Assembly: GCF_028710545.1 (NCBI RefSeq)
Contig: NZ_JAQTTX010000008.1
Location: 304 to 64,303 of the forward strand
Length of the DNA: 64,000 bases
Direction: 5' to 3'
Source of the DNA: Halothiobacillus sp.
Lineage (GTDB): Bacteria; Pseudomonadota; Gammaproteobacteria; Halothiobacillales; Halothiobacillaceae
Positions 51,575-61,758 of this stretch are shown piece by piece (position 1 is the first letter of the stretch; each line of letters starts with the position of its first letter). The notes below the pieces were generated by a model. The model did no database searches, had not been told where the DNA came from, and worked only from the letters and a program-made list of their open reading frames with translations. A program made the translations under genes and the position numbers.

Positions 51575-53448
51575 ACTGATTGTGCCTCTTTGAGCAGTTG
51601 GCGGTGTGTGCGTTTCACCTTTTGTTGCCAAAGCCATATACCCAGCCCGATCAAAAGCAGTGTTATGACATTGATAACGATAATGAGCATCCAGTTGATC
51701 TTACCCGAAGCACCTTCTTGCGCCTGTTCGACAGGTTCAGCCTGTTTGGGTTGTGCCTCGGTGGGTGTTAGGGCGGCTAGTTTGAATGGTTCAAGCACAA
51801 GGTCGATCTCCCTGTGTGTCGTCAGTTTTGCTTTAAGCACGGCGTTGAGGACACAGTCAGCCGTTGTTTCATCGGGCGTAGGGAACATCATGGTGGTGTG
51901 TGTCAGATTCCATTCGATGGGTATGGGCGCGACAATTTTGTTTGATTGGGGTTTATTTGAATACTGCCCATCGGAATGGGTCCGTTCGCACTGCCATTGC
52001 CCGATTAATTTGGCCGTATTGGGTTCGAGCACCGTGGGATCCTGAGTGACTTGAATCTGGCGCATGATCTTTTTGACGGGTAGGGTGGGGTGTCCCGCCG
52101 TACCATCCGCATTTGCGGCTGGTGGGACTTCAACTTCGGATGAAACGATTTTGAGTTGCACTGGTGGCATCGGCGCCATGGCAAAATTCTGGCGCCAATC
52201 ACGCTGGAAGGTCGGGCTGCTCGCTGTGGCGACCAGGCTGTAAATACCTGCTGGATCAATCAGATGAAGTTGATAGTTGAATCTGCCATCACCACCGATG
52301 ATGTCCGGGTCTGCGCCTTGATCATTGAGTTTGATTGAGGTAATGAGTTCGCTTCCTTTTTGTTCGTCGATCGTCGCCTTGATGGTTTGTGTTAATGCGG
52401 CTTTGGTAATCGGTTGATCATGATTGGTCAGCATCAGCGCGCCATCGATCCGTTCTCCGGGGTAAATGCGCGTTGGCAAGGGTGTCAGGCGAAGTTTGAG
52501 ATCGGTGATGATCAGCGCCCGGTTGTCCGGATCGAGTGCGCCGATAATCTGCCACGCTCCCGCAGGCGGGTTTTCGATGGTGACCAGATCACGGCCGCCA
52601 CTGTCATCCCAACGCCAACCCGTTTTGGATTTGCTGCCTTGGGCGTCAACGATTTGACCGTTGGGTAGCTTGAGTTTGGTCTGTTCTTCCGGTTTGTCTC
52701 TGAACGCGAGGATGGTCAGTTCTTTGACGGCGCTATCCACCAGAAACTTGTTGTCTTTCAGCGGGAGGCCATCTCGGGGCGCAGCCGCTTCGAATATCTT
52801 GAGAAAAGCGCGTTGCAATGCGTCGGCCGAATCGGCTTCGACAAAAATGCCGCCTGTGTCGGCCGCAATCTGGGAAAGCAGCTTACTGTCGGCATCTTTT
52901 GACAAGGCGATCGTGTGCACGCGAATATGTTCGGCTCGAAGTTGTGGCACGAGTTTCTGCAAAAGCGCTGCTTGTGCTCGAACATTGATGGACTTGTCCG
53001 GTGAGATATCAACCATGCCATCGGACAGCAGCAGAATGTTACGGTCCGTGCCATCGTTCCAGGTGGCTGCAGCCGCGGTCAGTGCGGCGGGAATATCGGT
53101 AAAGGGTTCGTTGGAACGGATTTTTTTGGCGGTTTGTCGGACGCGTTCCTTTACCTTTGGATCAGCACTGGCAGTTTTTAGCATGGGGCTGATCTTGTCG
53201 CCGAAAAACCAGATGCCAATTTGTGCGGAAGGTGGTAGCAAATCGCCCAGTAAGCGCAAGGCGGGGCGCCTTAAATTTTGCGGGTCGGTTTGCTTCATGC
53301 TGCCGGAAACGTCGATCAAAACATGCAGTTCAGGCGGAGTGGCTGCCAGAACGGGAGCGCAAATCAGCCCGGTAATCAGCAGAATAAGAAGCCCCCAAAG
53401 GGTGGATGCATGCTTTCTGAGGGGCGGGCTTGTCGGTGGTACTGGCAT
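51571..53448 (-). CDS. Exported von Willebrand factor A (VWA) domain protein with a C-terminal membrane anchor
   Basis: The ATG at 53448 (GAGGTAAGG Shine-Dalgarno) gives a signal peptide followed by VWA with complete MIDAS residues (DVSGSM .. TDIP .. LLLSDG). An approx. 350-aa unassigned region and a C-terminal TM (WMLIIVINVITLLLIGLGIWLW) plus basic tail follow. Confidence 0.8.
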   Translation of the reverse strand: MPVPPTSPPLRKHASTLWGLLILLITGLICAPVLAATPPELHVLIDVSGSMKQTDPQNLRRPALRLLGDLLPPSAQIGIWFFGDKISPMLKTASADPKVKERVRQTAKKIRSNEPFTDIPAALTAAAATWNDGTDRNILLLSDGMVDISPDKSINVRAQAALLQKLVPQLRAEHIRVHTIALSKDADSKLLSQIAADTGGIFVEADSADALQRAFLKIFEAAAPRDGLPLKDNKFLVDSAVKELTILAFRDKPEEQTKLKLPNGQIVDAQGSKSKTGWRWDDSGGRDLVTIENPPAGAWQIIGALDPDNRALIITDLKLRLTPLPTRIYPGERIDGALMLTNHDQPITKAALTQTIKATIDEQKGSELITSIKLNDQGADPDIIGGDGRFNYQLHLIDPAGIYSLVATASSPTFQRDWRQNFAMAPMPPVQLKIVSSEVEVPPAANADGTAGHPTLPVKKIMRQIQVTQDPTVLEPNTAKLIGQWQCERTHSDGQYSNKPQSNKIVAPIPIEWNLTHTTMMFPTPDETTADCVLNAVLKAKLTTHREIDLVLEPFKLAALTPTEAQPKQAEPVEQAQEGASGKINWMLIIVINVITLLLIGLGIWLWQQKVKRTHRQLLKEAQSV

Positions 53449-53506
53449 CCTTACCTCGATCTGATTGATAATACCCGCACATTTTACTCTCAAAACCCAA
53501 GGTCGT

Positions 53507-55171
53507 ATGGCGCAATATATCTTCACCATGAATGGGGTCGGCAAACTCGTCCCTCCGAAAAAATTTATTCTCAAAGACATTTACCTCAATTTCTTCCCTG
53601 GCGCCAAAATCGGCGTATTGGGTTATAACGGTGCGGGCAAGTCTACTCTGCTGCGCATCATGGCCGGAGTCGACAAGGACATCATTGGTGAAGCACGTCC
53701 TCAACCCGGTATTCAAATTGGCTATCTCAAGCAGGAGCCTGATCTCGACCCGGCCAAGGATGTGCGTGGCAATGTCATGGATGGCGCGGGTGAAACGGCG
53801 CGGTTGCTTGAGCGCTTCAATGAGATAAGCAATGAGTTTGCCAACCCGGACGCTGACTTTGATGCTTTGCTGGCCGAGCAAGCGGAATTGCAAGACAAAA
53901 TCGATGCTGCCGGTGGCTGGGATCTTGATCGCAAACTCGAAATCGCTGCCGATGCGCTGCGTCTACCGCCTTGGGATGCGGATGTCACCAAACTCTCCGG
54001 CGGTGAGCGCCGACGCGTGGCGCTCTGCCGTTTACTGCTTTCCAACCCGGATATGTTGATTCTCGATGAACCAACCAACCATCTGGATGCGGAATCCGTT
54101 GCCTGGCTTGAGCGTTTTCTGCAAGAGTTCAACGGTACCGTGGTGGCCGTAACCCACGATCGATATTTCCTGGACAACGTGGCCGGCTGGATTCTCGAAC
54201 TCGACCGTGGTCAGGGTATTCCGTTCGAGGGGAATTACTCCGAGTGGCTCGACAGCAAGGAAAAGCGTCTGGCACAGGAAGAGAAAACAGAATCGGCCAA
54301 GCGCAAGGCGATGGAGCAGGAACTGGAGTGGGTCCGGCAGAATCCCAAGGGGCGTCAGGCCAAATCCAAGGCGCGTCTGGCCCGATTCGAGGAGCTTCAA
54401 TCCGAAGAATTCCAGAAGCGTTCGGAAACCAACGAGATTTACATTCCGCCAGGACCTCGCCTGGGCGACAAGGTGATCGACGTTACCAATCTGTCCAAAC
54501 AATTTGGTGACCGCGTGCTGTATCAAGGTTTGTCGTTCTCAGTGCCCAAGGGCGGGATCGTCGGGATCATCGGCCCCAATGGCGTGGGTAAATCCACGCT
54601 GTTCAAGATGCTGATTGGCGAGGAGAAACCGGACGCCGGTGAAATCTCCATCGGTGAATCGGTACAGATTTCCTACGTGGCGCAGGGTCGCGACGATCTT
54701 GAAAATAACAAGACCGTCTGGGAAGAGATTTCCGGCGGTTACGACAACATCACGGTCGGCAAATATGAGATGCCTTCGCGCGCCTATCTTGGCCGCTTCA
54801 ACTTCAAAGGCCAGGATCAGCAGAAGTTCATGAAGGACTTGTCCGGTGGTGAGCGCAATCGCGTGCATCTGGCCAAGTTGCTCAAGTCTGGTGGCAACGT
54901 GCTGCTGCTCGATGAACCGACAAACGACCTCGATATCGAAACCCTGCGGGCGTTGGAGCAGGCGATTCTTGATTTTCCGGGCTCCGCGCTGGTCATTTCG
55001 CATGACCGCTGGTTCCTTGACCGAATCGCAACGCATATCCTCGCCTTCGAGGACGATGGCTCCGTGGTGTTCTTCCAGGGGAACTTCCAGGATTACGAAG
55101 CGGATCGGCACAAGCGGTTGGGCTCGGATGCCGATCAACCCAAACGGATCAAATACACCCGATTGGCCTGA
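53507..55171 (+). CDS. ettA: Energy-dependent translational throttle protein EttA (ABC-F)
   Basis: [54 protein letters not shown], two ABC cassettes with [11 protein letters not shown] and [11 protein letters not shown], 554 aa. Confidence 0.96.
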   Translation: MAQYIFTMNGVGKLVPPKKFILKDIYLNFFPGAKIGVLGYNGAGKSTLLRIMAGVDKDIIGEARPQPGIQIGYLKQEPDLDPAKDVRGNVMDGAGETARLLERFNEISNEFANPDADFDALLAEQAELQDKIDAAGGWDLDRKLEIAADALRLPPWDADVTKLSGGERRRVALCRLLLSNPDMLILDEPTNHLDAESVAWLERFLQEFNGTVVAVTHDRYFLDNVAGWILELDRGQGIPFEGNYSEWLDSKEKRLAQEEKTESAKRKAMEQELEWVRQNPKGRQAKSKARLARFEELQSEEFQKRSETNEIYIPPGPRLGDKVIDVTNLSKQFGDRVLYQGLSFSVPKGGIVGIIGPNGVGKSTLFKMLIGEEKPDAGEISIGESVQISYVAQGRDDLENNKTVWEEISGGYDNITVGKYEMPSRAYLGRFNFKGQDQQKFMKDLSGGERNRVHLAKLLKSGGNVLLLDEPTNDLDIETLRALEQAILDFPGSALVISHDRWFLDRIATHILAFEDDGSVVFFQGNFQDYEADRHKRLGSDADQPKRIKYTRLA

Positions 55172-55259
55172 GTGTTTTTATGTTTTGGCCAAAAGAACCC
55201 AGCAGTGAATGACTGATTACTGGTGTGCATGTGCCGCCAGTTATAACAAGGAGCTTCAA

Positions 55260-56075
55260 ATGGTTAATCCTGCTTTGGAACAGGCCATTATCAATAAAAT
55301 CATGGAGAAGGGCATTGCGCTTCCTGTACTGCCTGATGTCGCAATTCGCTCACGGCGTGTGGCGGAGCAACCGGACAGCACGATTCAGGATCTGGTGGAT
55401 GTGGTCGCACAGGATCCAGCCATTGCCGCACGCCTGATTCAGGTCGCGAACAGCGCAATGTACCGTGGTGTACAGAAGATTAACGGCTTGCACCAGGTGA
55501 TTACGCGCCTTGGTATGCGCACAGTCAGTCAGTTGATCGTATCGTTATCCACCCAACAGCTTTTCAAGGCGAATCATGTCGTGATCAAGAAGGCGATGCA
55601 GGAACATTGGTCCTTCTCTGCCCAGATCGCGGCTTTGTCCCACCGTATTGCCAGGGAGTACACCAAGCTCGACGTCGACCAGGCGTTGTTGGCCGGGTTG
55701 CTCCACGGCGTGGGGGGGATCCCGGTGATTGTGGTGGCTGAAGATATTCCCAAGTTACAGGAGGCACCGGCTCTGTTGAACGAACTGGTCATGAGCCTGC
55801 AACCACGGTTGGGTGCCAAGATCGTTCAGGCCTGGGATTTCCCGCCGATGTATGAAGACGTGGTACGGGAAGCGAATAACCTCGACTATACGCACGAGGG
55901 TTCGGCCAATCATGCCGACGTGGTCATCGCGGCAATCGCGCAGGCCAAAGGGTTGACCGAAACACCGGATGGCAAGCCCATTCCTGCCGCTGAAAAACTG
56001 GGTCTCGATTTGAGCGTGAGTTTGATTGACCAGGAAATTGACGATGCAATTCGAGCACTTAGCGCGGGTTTCTAA
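55260..56075 (+). CDS. HDOD-domain protein
   Basis: The ATG at 55260 (AAGGAG Shine-Dalgarno). LPVLPDVAIRSRRV..TIQDLVDVVAQDPAIAARLIQVANSAMYRG..INGLHQVITRLGMRTV and LLHGVG are typical HDOD features. Confidence 0.8.
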   Translation: MVNPALEQAIINKIMEKGIALPVLPDVAIRSRRVAEQPDSTIQDLVDVVAQDPAIAARLIQVANSAMYRGVQKINGLHQVITRLGMRTVSQLIVSLSTQQLFKANHVVIKKAMQEHWSFSAQIAALSHRIAREYTKLDVDQALLAGLLHGVGGIPVIVVAEDIPKLQEAPALLNELVMSLQPRLGAKIVQAWDFPPMYEDVVREANNLDYTHEGSANHADVVIAAIAQAKGLTETPDGKPIPAAEKLGLDLSVSLIDQEIDDAIRALSAGF

Positions 56076-56371
56076 TCTTTGTTATTAAGAAACTCATGCG
56101 CCCGGATTGCGAGATCAGGATGGAGTTGTCTTTGTAAATCCGGATGCAGCACGTTTCCGGATTCGCTGAACAGGCTCACGGTCCAACTGGGTACGCTGGT
56201 TTCTTGAGGCCTCCCCAGATGATCGAGACGAATTTCTTCAGGCGCTTCGGGGCTGCTCATGACCAGTGAAGGGGGGTCTTCTAAGATATCAATCACCGTT
56301 CCGCGGCGGTGGCCAATCGTCAGCGTGCTACCGATCAGTGGTTCGAGTATTTGAATCAAGGATGGGGACAT
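56072..56371 (-). CDS. Hypothetical protein (99 aa)
   Basis: ORF with a GAAGG Shine-Dalgarno, divergent from nudF. Its stop codon overlaps the HDOD gene stop on the opposite strand. No motif recognised. Confidence 0.4.
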   Translation of the reverse strand: MSPSLIQILEPLIGSTLTIGHRRGTVIDILEDPPSLVMSSPEAPEEIRLDHLGRPQETSVPSWTVSLFSESGNVLHPDLQRQLHPDLAIRAHEFLNNKD

Positions 56372-56461
56372 GGGGTACCTTCTGCTTTTCCCGTCTGGCC
56401 GTAATAGTCTTATGAACTTCGGTTAGCATAACCTGCCCGGTCATATCATTAACCAATCAGG

Positions 56462-57052
56462 ATGAAGATGCAGTACGAATTACTGAATATAGAACCTTTG
56501 TACCGTGGTTTTTTTGCGTTGAACCGCTACCGTCTTCGCTTCGAGCGCTATGACGGTGGCTGGTCGCCACAAATCAGTCGGGAGATATTCGAGCGTGGTC
56601 ACGCTGTGGCCGTTCTGCCCTTTGATCCCAAACGACGTGAAGTCGTGATGATTGAACAGTTTCGACCCGGTGCGTTCGATGCGCCGGGCGGACCCTGGCT
56701 GACTGAAATTGTGGCGGGCATGATCGAGGCGAATGAATCGGTAGAATCTGTTGCCCGACGTGAAATGAAAGAGGAATCGGGACTCGAACCCGTGCGTCTG
56801 ATACCGATCACGCGCTATTGGGTCAGCCCCGGAGGCACCACGGAGAGCATCTATTTGTTTCTTGCTCTGATCGATGCGGCTCCGACCGAAACATTTTTTG
56901 GTTTGCCGGAAGAGCACGAGGACATCAAGCTGCATACCATGTCTCTGGACGAAGCCTTGGCCCGTATCGATTCCGGCATCATTTGTTCCGCGGCCCCGAT
57001 CATTGCCATGCAATGGCTCGATCGGCATCTGTCGCGTTTTTGTGATGATTAG
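56462..57052 (+). CDS. nudF: ADP-ribose pyrophosphatase (Nudix)
   Basis: Colinear with E. coli NudF: LYRGFFAL..YR, REIFERGHAVAVLPFDP, Nudix box GMIEANESVESVARREMKEESGL, and SPGGTTE. Confidence 0.86.
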   Translation: MKMQYELLNIEPLYRGFFALNRYRLRFERYDGGWSPQISREIFERGHAVAVLPFDPKRREVVMIEQFRPGAFDAPGGPWLTEIVAGMIEANESVESVARREMKEESGLEPVRLIPITRYWVSPGGTTESIYLFLALIDAAPTETFFGLPEEHEDIKLHTMSLDEALARIDSGIICSAAPIIAMQWLDRHLSRFCDD

Positions 57053-57283
57053 AACCTGCTTATTTTTGTCGCATAAATTTCGCGTACAGGTCGATAATTT
57101 GGCAACTATATGTTTGTTAATATGTTTTTGATCCTCATGTTGAGGCAGCCATGTAAGAAAATTGTGCAAGCCGTGTGTTTTTTTCCCAATGCCGCGATTC
57201 ATTTGCGCCTATCGAGATAAAACCAGACAATCAAATACATTGAACAGGATGCCCGGATGAAAGCCGTAAATACGGCATTGCTC

Positions 57284-57440
57284 AAGGGAAGGTCTACACG
57301 AAAGCAGACCTTCCCTTGCAGGGCATGGAAGCCCTGCCGCTCAATGACGTAAGTCATTGAAATGCGTAGCACGGAACGGGCATGTACCGGCCCGGGCGTG
57401 TCTGCACGAAGCCATGGATGGATTCGTGCAGAGATTCCCA
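57284..57440 (+). mobile_element. Family B hairpin-array MITE-like repeat, copy B2
   Basis: Homologous to 42513-42671 along its whole length. Ends are AAGGGAAGGTCTACAC / GTGCAGAGATTCCCAA with AA on both flanks. It lies 53 nt upstream of the acnB ATG. Confidence 0.8.
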
Positions 57441-57493
57441 AGGGCTCCCGTATGATCACAGCAAATAAGAATTTTGAATTTGAGGAAACCGTC

Positions 57494-60076
57494 ATGCTTG
57501 AAGCCTATCGCACCCATCAACAAGAACGAGAGCAGCAGGGGATTCCACCCAAAGCGCTAACGGTCGAGCAGACGGCCAGCCTGATCGAACTGATTAAAAA
57601 TCCACCGGCCGGGGAGGATAGGGCGTTCCTGTTGCACCTGTTGACCGAATGCGTGCCACCGGGGGTCGATCAGGCTGCCTATGTGAAGGCTGCTTTTCTG
57701 GCCGATGTCGCGAATGGTAAGGCCAGTTCACCCTTGATTGATCGGGTGCAGGCGGTCAAATGGCTTGGCACCATGATCGGCGGATACAACATCGATCCAC
57801 TCGTGGCGATGCTGGACGATGATGTGGTGGGCGACGCGGCGGCGGAGGCGCTCAAAGGCACCGTATTGATCTACGATGCCTTCCGTGATGTGGAAGATAA
57901 AATGCGTGCAGGGAATGTTCGCGCCAAAGCCGTGATTGAATCCTGGGCGGCCGCCGAGTGGTTTCTGAACAAACCCGCACTGGCCGAAGAAATCACCGTC
58001 ACGGTGTTCAAGGTGCCGGGCGAAACCAACACCGACGACCTCTCGCCCGCGCAAGATGCCTGGAGCCGTCCGGATATTCCCTTGCATGCGCTCGCGATGC
58101 TCAACAGCAAAATGGCTGATGGCCTCAGCACCATTGTCAGCTTGAAGGAAAAAGGCCATCCGGTCGCTTATGTTGGGGATGTGGTCGGTACGGGTTCCTC
58201 GCGTAAATCGGCCATCAACTCTGTACAGTGGGCGATGGGCCGCGATATCCCGCACGTGCCCAACAAGCGAACCGGTGGCGTGATTCTGGGCAGCAAGATC
58301 GCGCCGATTTTCTTCAACACGGCTGAAGATTCGGGCGCCTTGCCCATCGAAGTGAATGTGGATCAACTCGAAACAGGGGATGTCGTGACCATCCGCCCCT
58401 ACGCCGGTGAGTTGCTCAAAGAGGGCAAGGTCATCGAAACCTTCCAACTCAAGCCGACAACCTTGCCAGATGAAGTTCGGGCCGGTGGCCGGATCATGCT
58501 GATCATCGGTCGCGCGCTGACCGATCGGGCGCGTGCCGCCTTGAACTTGCCTTCGTTCGACGTGTTCCGCCGCCCGATTCAACCCAAGGATACCGGCAAG
58601 GGGTTCACCCTGGCGCAGAAAATGGTCGGCCGAGCTTGCGGCGTCGAAGGCGTGCGCCCCGGCACCTATTGTGAACCGCGCATGGCGACCGTGGGCAGTC
58701 AGGACACCACCGGCGCCATGACCCGCGATGAGCTCAAAGAACTGGCCTGCCTCGGCTTCTCCGCCGATCTCGTCATGCAATCGTTCTGCCACACCGCAGC
58801 CTATCCGAAGCCGGTCGATATCGCGCTGCAGCATGAACTGCCGCAATTCATCAGCACCCGCGGCGGCGTTTCCCTGCGCCCCGGCGATGGCGTGATTCAT
58901 AGCTGGCTCAATCGCATGATTCTGCCGGATACCGTTGGTACCGGCGGCGATTCGCACACCCGTTTCCCCATCGGCATTTCCTTCCCGGCCGGTTCGGGGT
59001 TGGTTGCCTTTGCCGCTGCGCTGGGCGTCATGCCGCTGGATATGCCTGAATCCGTTCTGGTGCGTTTCAAGGGCGAAATGCAGCCGGGCATCACCCTGCG
59101 CGATTTGGTGAACGCGATACCCTATGTCGCGATTCAACGCGGCTTGATGACGGTGGAAAAGAAAGGCAAGAAAAATGTTTTCAACGGCCGCGTGCTGGAA
59201 ATCGAAGGCCTTCCGAATCTCAAGGTTGAGCAAGCGTTCGAATTTGCCGATGCCTCGGCCGAGCGCTCGGCCAATGGTTGCACCGTTCGTCTCGGCAAAG
59301 CGCCCATCATTGAGTTTTTGACCAGCAACATCACCTTGTTGCAGTGGATGATCGCCAACGGATACGAAGACAAGCGTACCCTCGCGCGTCGTATCGAAGC
59401 GATGGAGCAGTGGCTTGCACGCCCTGAGTTGCTCGAACCCGATGCCGATGCCGAATATGCCGAAATCATCGAAATCGATCTCGCTACCATCACCGAACCC
59501 TTGCTGGCCTGCCCGAACGACCCGGACGACATCAAGCCATTGTCCGAAGTGCAGGGCACCCACATCGATGAAGTCTTTATCGGTTCCTGCATGACCAATA
59601 TCGGCCACTACCGTGCGGCCGGGAAAGTGCTGGAAGCCAATGGCGGTTCCGTGCCCACCCGTTTGTGGATTGCACCGCCCACTCGCATGGATGAGCACCA
59701 GCTCACCGAAGAAGGCTACTACAGTATTTTCGGTAAAGCCGGTGCGCGCGTCGAAATGCCGGGTTGCTCCTTGTGCATGGGCAATCAGGCTCGCGTGGCC
59801 GATGGTGCTACGGTGGTTTCCACCTCCACACGCAACTTCCCGAACCGCATGGGTAAAGACGCCAATGTCTATCTCGCCTCGGCCGAGCTATCAGCGGTGG
59901 CTGCCTTGCTGGGCCGCCTGCCGACCAACGAGGAATATCAGGCCCAGGTCGCCGGGCTCAAACCCTTGGCCGATGATATTTATCGTTATCTCAATTTCAA
60001 CGAGATCGCGGAATATCAGCAAGAGGCCATTAAAGGTTTGCAAATGATCAGGGATATTCCGGTGGTCATGATGTAA
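57494..60076 (+). CDS. acnB: Aconitate hydratase B / 2-methylisocitrate dehydratase
   Basis: [22 protein letters not shown].. aligns with E. coli AcnB from residue 1 and stays colinear to the end ([40 protein letters not shown]). The track ORF start at 57362 is read-through of the upstream repeat. Confidence 0.97.
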   Translation: MLEAYRTHQQEREQQGIPPKALTVEQTASLIELIKNPPAGEDRAFLLHLLTECVPPGVDQAAYVKAAFLADVANGKASSPLIDRVQAVKWLGTMIGGYNIDPLVAMLDDDVVGDAAAEALKGTVLIYDAFRDVEDKMRAGNVRAKAVIESWAAAEWFLNKPALAEEITVTVFKVPGETNTDDLSPAQDAWSRPDIPLHALAMLNSKMADGLSTIVSLKEKGHPVAYVGDVVGTGSSRKSAINSVQWAMGRDIPHVPNKRTGGVILGSKIAPIFFNTAEDSGALPIEVNVDQLETGDVVTIRPYAGELLKEGKVIETFQLKPTTLPDEVRAGGRIMLIIGRALTDRARAALNLPSFDVFRRPIQPKDTGKGFTLAQKMVGRACGVEGVRPGTYCEPRMATVGSQDTTGAMTRDELKELACLGFSADLVMQSFCHTAAYPKPVDIALQHELPQFISTRGGVSLRPGDGVIHSWLNRMILPDTVGTGGDSHTRFPIGISFPAGSGLVAFAAALGVMPLDMPESVLVRFKGEMQPGITLRDLVNAIPYVAIQRGLMTVEKKGKKNVFNGRVLEIEGLPNLKVEQAFEFADASAERSANGCTVRLGKAPIIEFLTSNITLLQWMIANGYEDKRTLARRIEAMEQWLARPELLEPDADAEYAEIIEIDLATITEPLLACPNDPDDIKPLSEVQGTHIDEVFIGSCMTNIGHYRAAGKVLEANGGSVPTRLWIAPPTRMDEHQLTEEGYYSIFGKAGARVEMPGCSLCMGNQARVADGATVVSTSTRNFPNRMGKDANVYLASAELSAVAALLGRLPTNEEYQAQVAGLKPLADDIYRYLNFNEIAEYQQEAIKGLQMIRDIPVVMM

Positions 60077-60100
60077 CGGCACATGAGTGCTGGATAATTA

Positions 60101-60134
60101 AAAAACCCGGGGTTTGATGCTCCGGGTTTTTTTG
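60101..60134. terminator. Rho-independent terminator between convergent acnB and yebC
   Basis: AAAAA ACCCGG ggtttgatgct CCGGGT TTTTTTG. Confidence 0.7.
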
Positions 60135-60190
60135 TTTCCGATTTATACTGGATCAGTTTCGTGCCAGCGTTCTTGTCGCCCTTGAATGAA

Positions 60191-60904
60191 TCAATACACC
60201 GCGTCGTGATAAACGCTTTGCACGTCTTCCACGTCGTTGAGCATATCCAGCAGTTTTTCCATGGTAGCAACATCGTCACCGCTGATTGGCGTTGATGTTT
60301 TGGGCACAAACTGAATCTCGTCCACATCGAAGTCAATTTCACCAAAGGTGTTGATCAAAGCTTGACGGGCTTTGTTATATTCGGTGTTTGGCACAAACAC
60401 GGTCACCTTGCCGTCTTCGCTTTCGATATCGGTGACATCGACATCTTCCATCAGCAGGGCTTCGAGCACGGCATCTTCTTCGCCATTGAACACAAAAATA
60501 GCGGAGTGATCGAACTGGTGCATGACCGTGCCCGGCGTGCCGAGTTTGGTCTTGGTTTTGGTGAAACAGTTGCGCACGTCGCCGATCGTGCGATTGGGGT
60601 TGTCGGTGAGGCAATCGACCAGAACCACCACGCCACCGGGGCCGAACCCTTCATAACGTGCCGGAGTGTAGTCTTCGCCGAAACCGCCCTTGGCTTTTTC
60701 AATGGCCTTTTCGATGACGTGTGCGGGTACCTGATCCTTTTTCGCACGTTCGATCATGCTGCGCAGCGCCAGATTGCCGTTAGGATCGGTGCCGCCGGTT
60801 TTGGCGACGACGTAAATCTCGCGGCCATACTTGCTGTAGACTTTGGCTTTGGCATCGGCCGTTTTGGCCATGGATTCTTTGCGGTTCTGGTAGGCTCTGC
60901 CCAT
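60191..60904 (-). CDS. yebC: YebC/PmpR-family transcriptional regulator
   Basis: [30 protein letters not shown].. and [23 protein letters not shown], a typical YebC. Confidence 0.95.
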   Translation of the reverse strand: MGRAYQNRKESMAKTADAKAKVYSKYGREIYVVAKTGGTDPNGNLALRSMIERAKKDQVPAHVIEKAIEKAKGGFGEDYTPARYEGFGPGGVVVLVDCLTDNPNRTIGDVRNCFTKTKTKLGTPGTVMHQFDHSAIFVFNGEEDAVLEALLMEDVDVTDIESEDGKVTVFVPNTEYNKARQALINTFGEIDFDVDEIQFVPKTSTPISGDDVATMEKLLDMLNDVEDVQSVYHDAVY

Positions 60905-61050
60905 GAGGTTCTGCTCCGGAAAATCGTGAGCGCGGATTCTAACTCAAACCCACACCGTTGTTTAAATTGCAGGCTGTGGGTCATTGAACTCGATAACGAA
61001 GTACAGTCACAATGATCCAGATTTATTTAGGTGGTCGGAGGGCGATGATA

Positions 61051-61281
61051 ATGGATGGGACAATGTATCTGAAAAAACCATGGTTGGTGCTGGCAGGAGG
61101 CGTTCTTGTCCTCTTTGCGCTCCTCGTGTCGGGATGTGGCGCGGGCGGCACCGCGACTAATGCCGCTGCCGAGGCGCAAGCGGCCAAGGCGGCCAAGCAG
61201 GATCTGGATTCGGCCAAACGTCAGATTGATGCCGCCCAGAAGTTGCAGGATCAGCGCCTCAAGCAAGCAGAGCAGCAATAG
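61051..61281 (+). CDS. Small alpha-helical lipoprotein (Lpp-like composition)
   Basis: It has a signal peptide with the lipobox LVSGC, then an A/Q/K-rich helical segment. The start could be 61051 (GGAGGG Shine-Dalgarno), 61063 or 61012. Confidence 0.55.
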   Translation: MDGTMYLKKPWLVLAGGVLVLFALLVSGCGAGGTATNAAAEAQAAKAAKQDLDSAKRQIDAAQKLQDQRLKQAEQQ

Positions 61282-61290
61282 GGCACCCGA

Positions 61291-61758
61291 ATGACTGAAC
61301 AAGACAAGCCGTTCTGGCTGAGTAAACGTTTGTCTGAAATGACAGCCGAAGAGTGGGAGTCGCTCTGCGATGGTTGCGCGAAGTGCTGCCTGCAGAAAAT
61401 TTCCGATGAAGACGATAGCGAAGTCACGGTGTACTACACCGATCTGGCCTGCGATTTGCTGGATTTGAACACCTGCCTTTGCGGTGACTATCAGAACCGA
61501 CATGAAAAAGTGCCCACCTGTGTCTGGCTCAAACCCGAGGATCTGGATGAATTTCATTGGCTGCCGGCGACCTGTGCTTATCGTCGATTGGCCGAGGGGC
61601 GTGATTTGCCCGAATGGCATCCGTTGAAAACCGGCCGGGCTGATTCCGCTCGAACGGCGGGTTTTTCGGTTATTGGGCGAGCCCGGCACGTCGATGGACT
61701 GGATGAGGATGACTGGCCGGAACATATTGTTGAGTGGCCTTTAGAAGAAAGCCCTTAA
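61291..61758 (+). CDS. ycgN: UPF0260 family Cys-rich protein YcgN
   Basis: FWLSKRLSEMTAEEWESLCDGCAKCCLQK..YYTDLACDLLDLNTCLCGDYQNR matches the YcgN family. Confidence 0.85.
   Translation: MTEQDKPFWLSKRLSEMTAEEWESLCDGCAKCCLQKISDEDDSEVTVYYTDLACDLLDLNTCLCGDYQNRHEKVPTCVWLKPEDLDEFHWLPATCAYRRLAEGRDLPEWHPLKTGRADSARTAGFSVIGRARHVDGLDEDDWPEHIVEWPLEESP

Noticed and set aside
57728-59698. A 656-aa ORF antisense to acnB. Similar long antisense ORFs occur opposite metG (43402-44451), pheT (9462-10475), moeB (38043-38849), the VWA gene (52661-53464), pepN (20812-21609) and ettA (54539-55138).
   Set aside because: Each lies entirely within a strongly supported housekeeping gene on the other strand. Their translations are low-complexity (R/G/A/H-rich) with no motifs. 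Long stop-free antisense frames are expected in GC-biased coding sequence.
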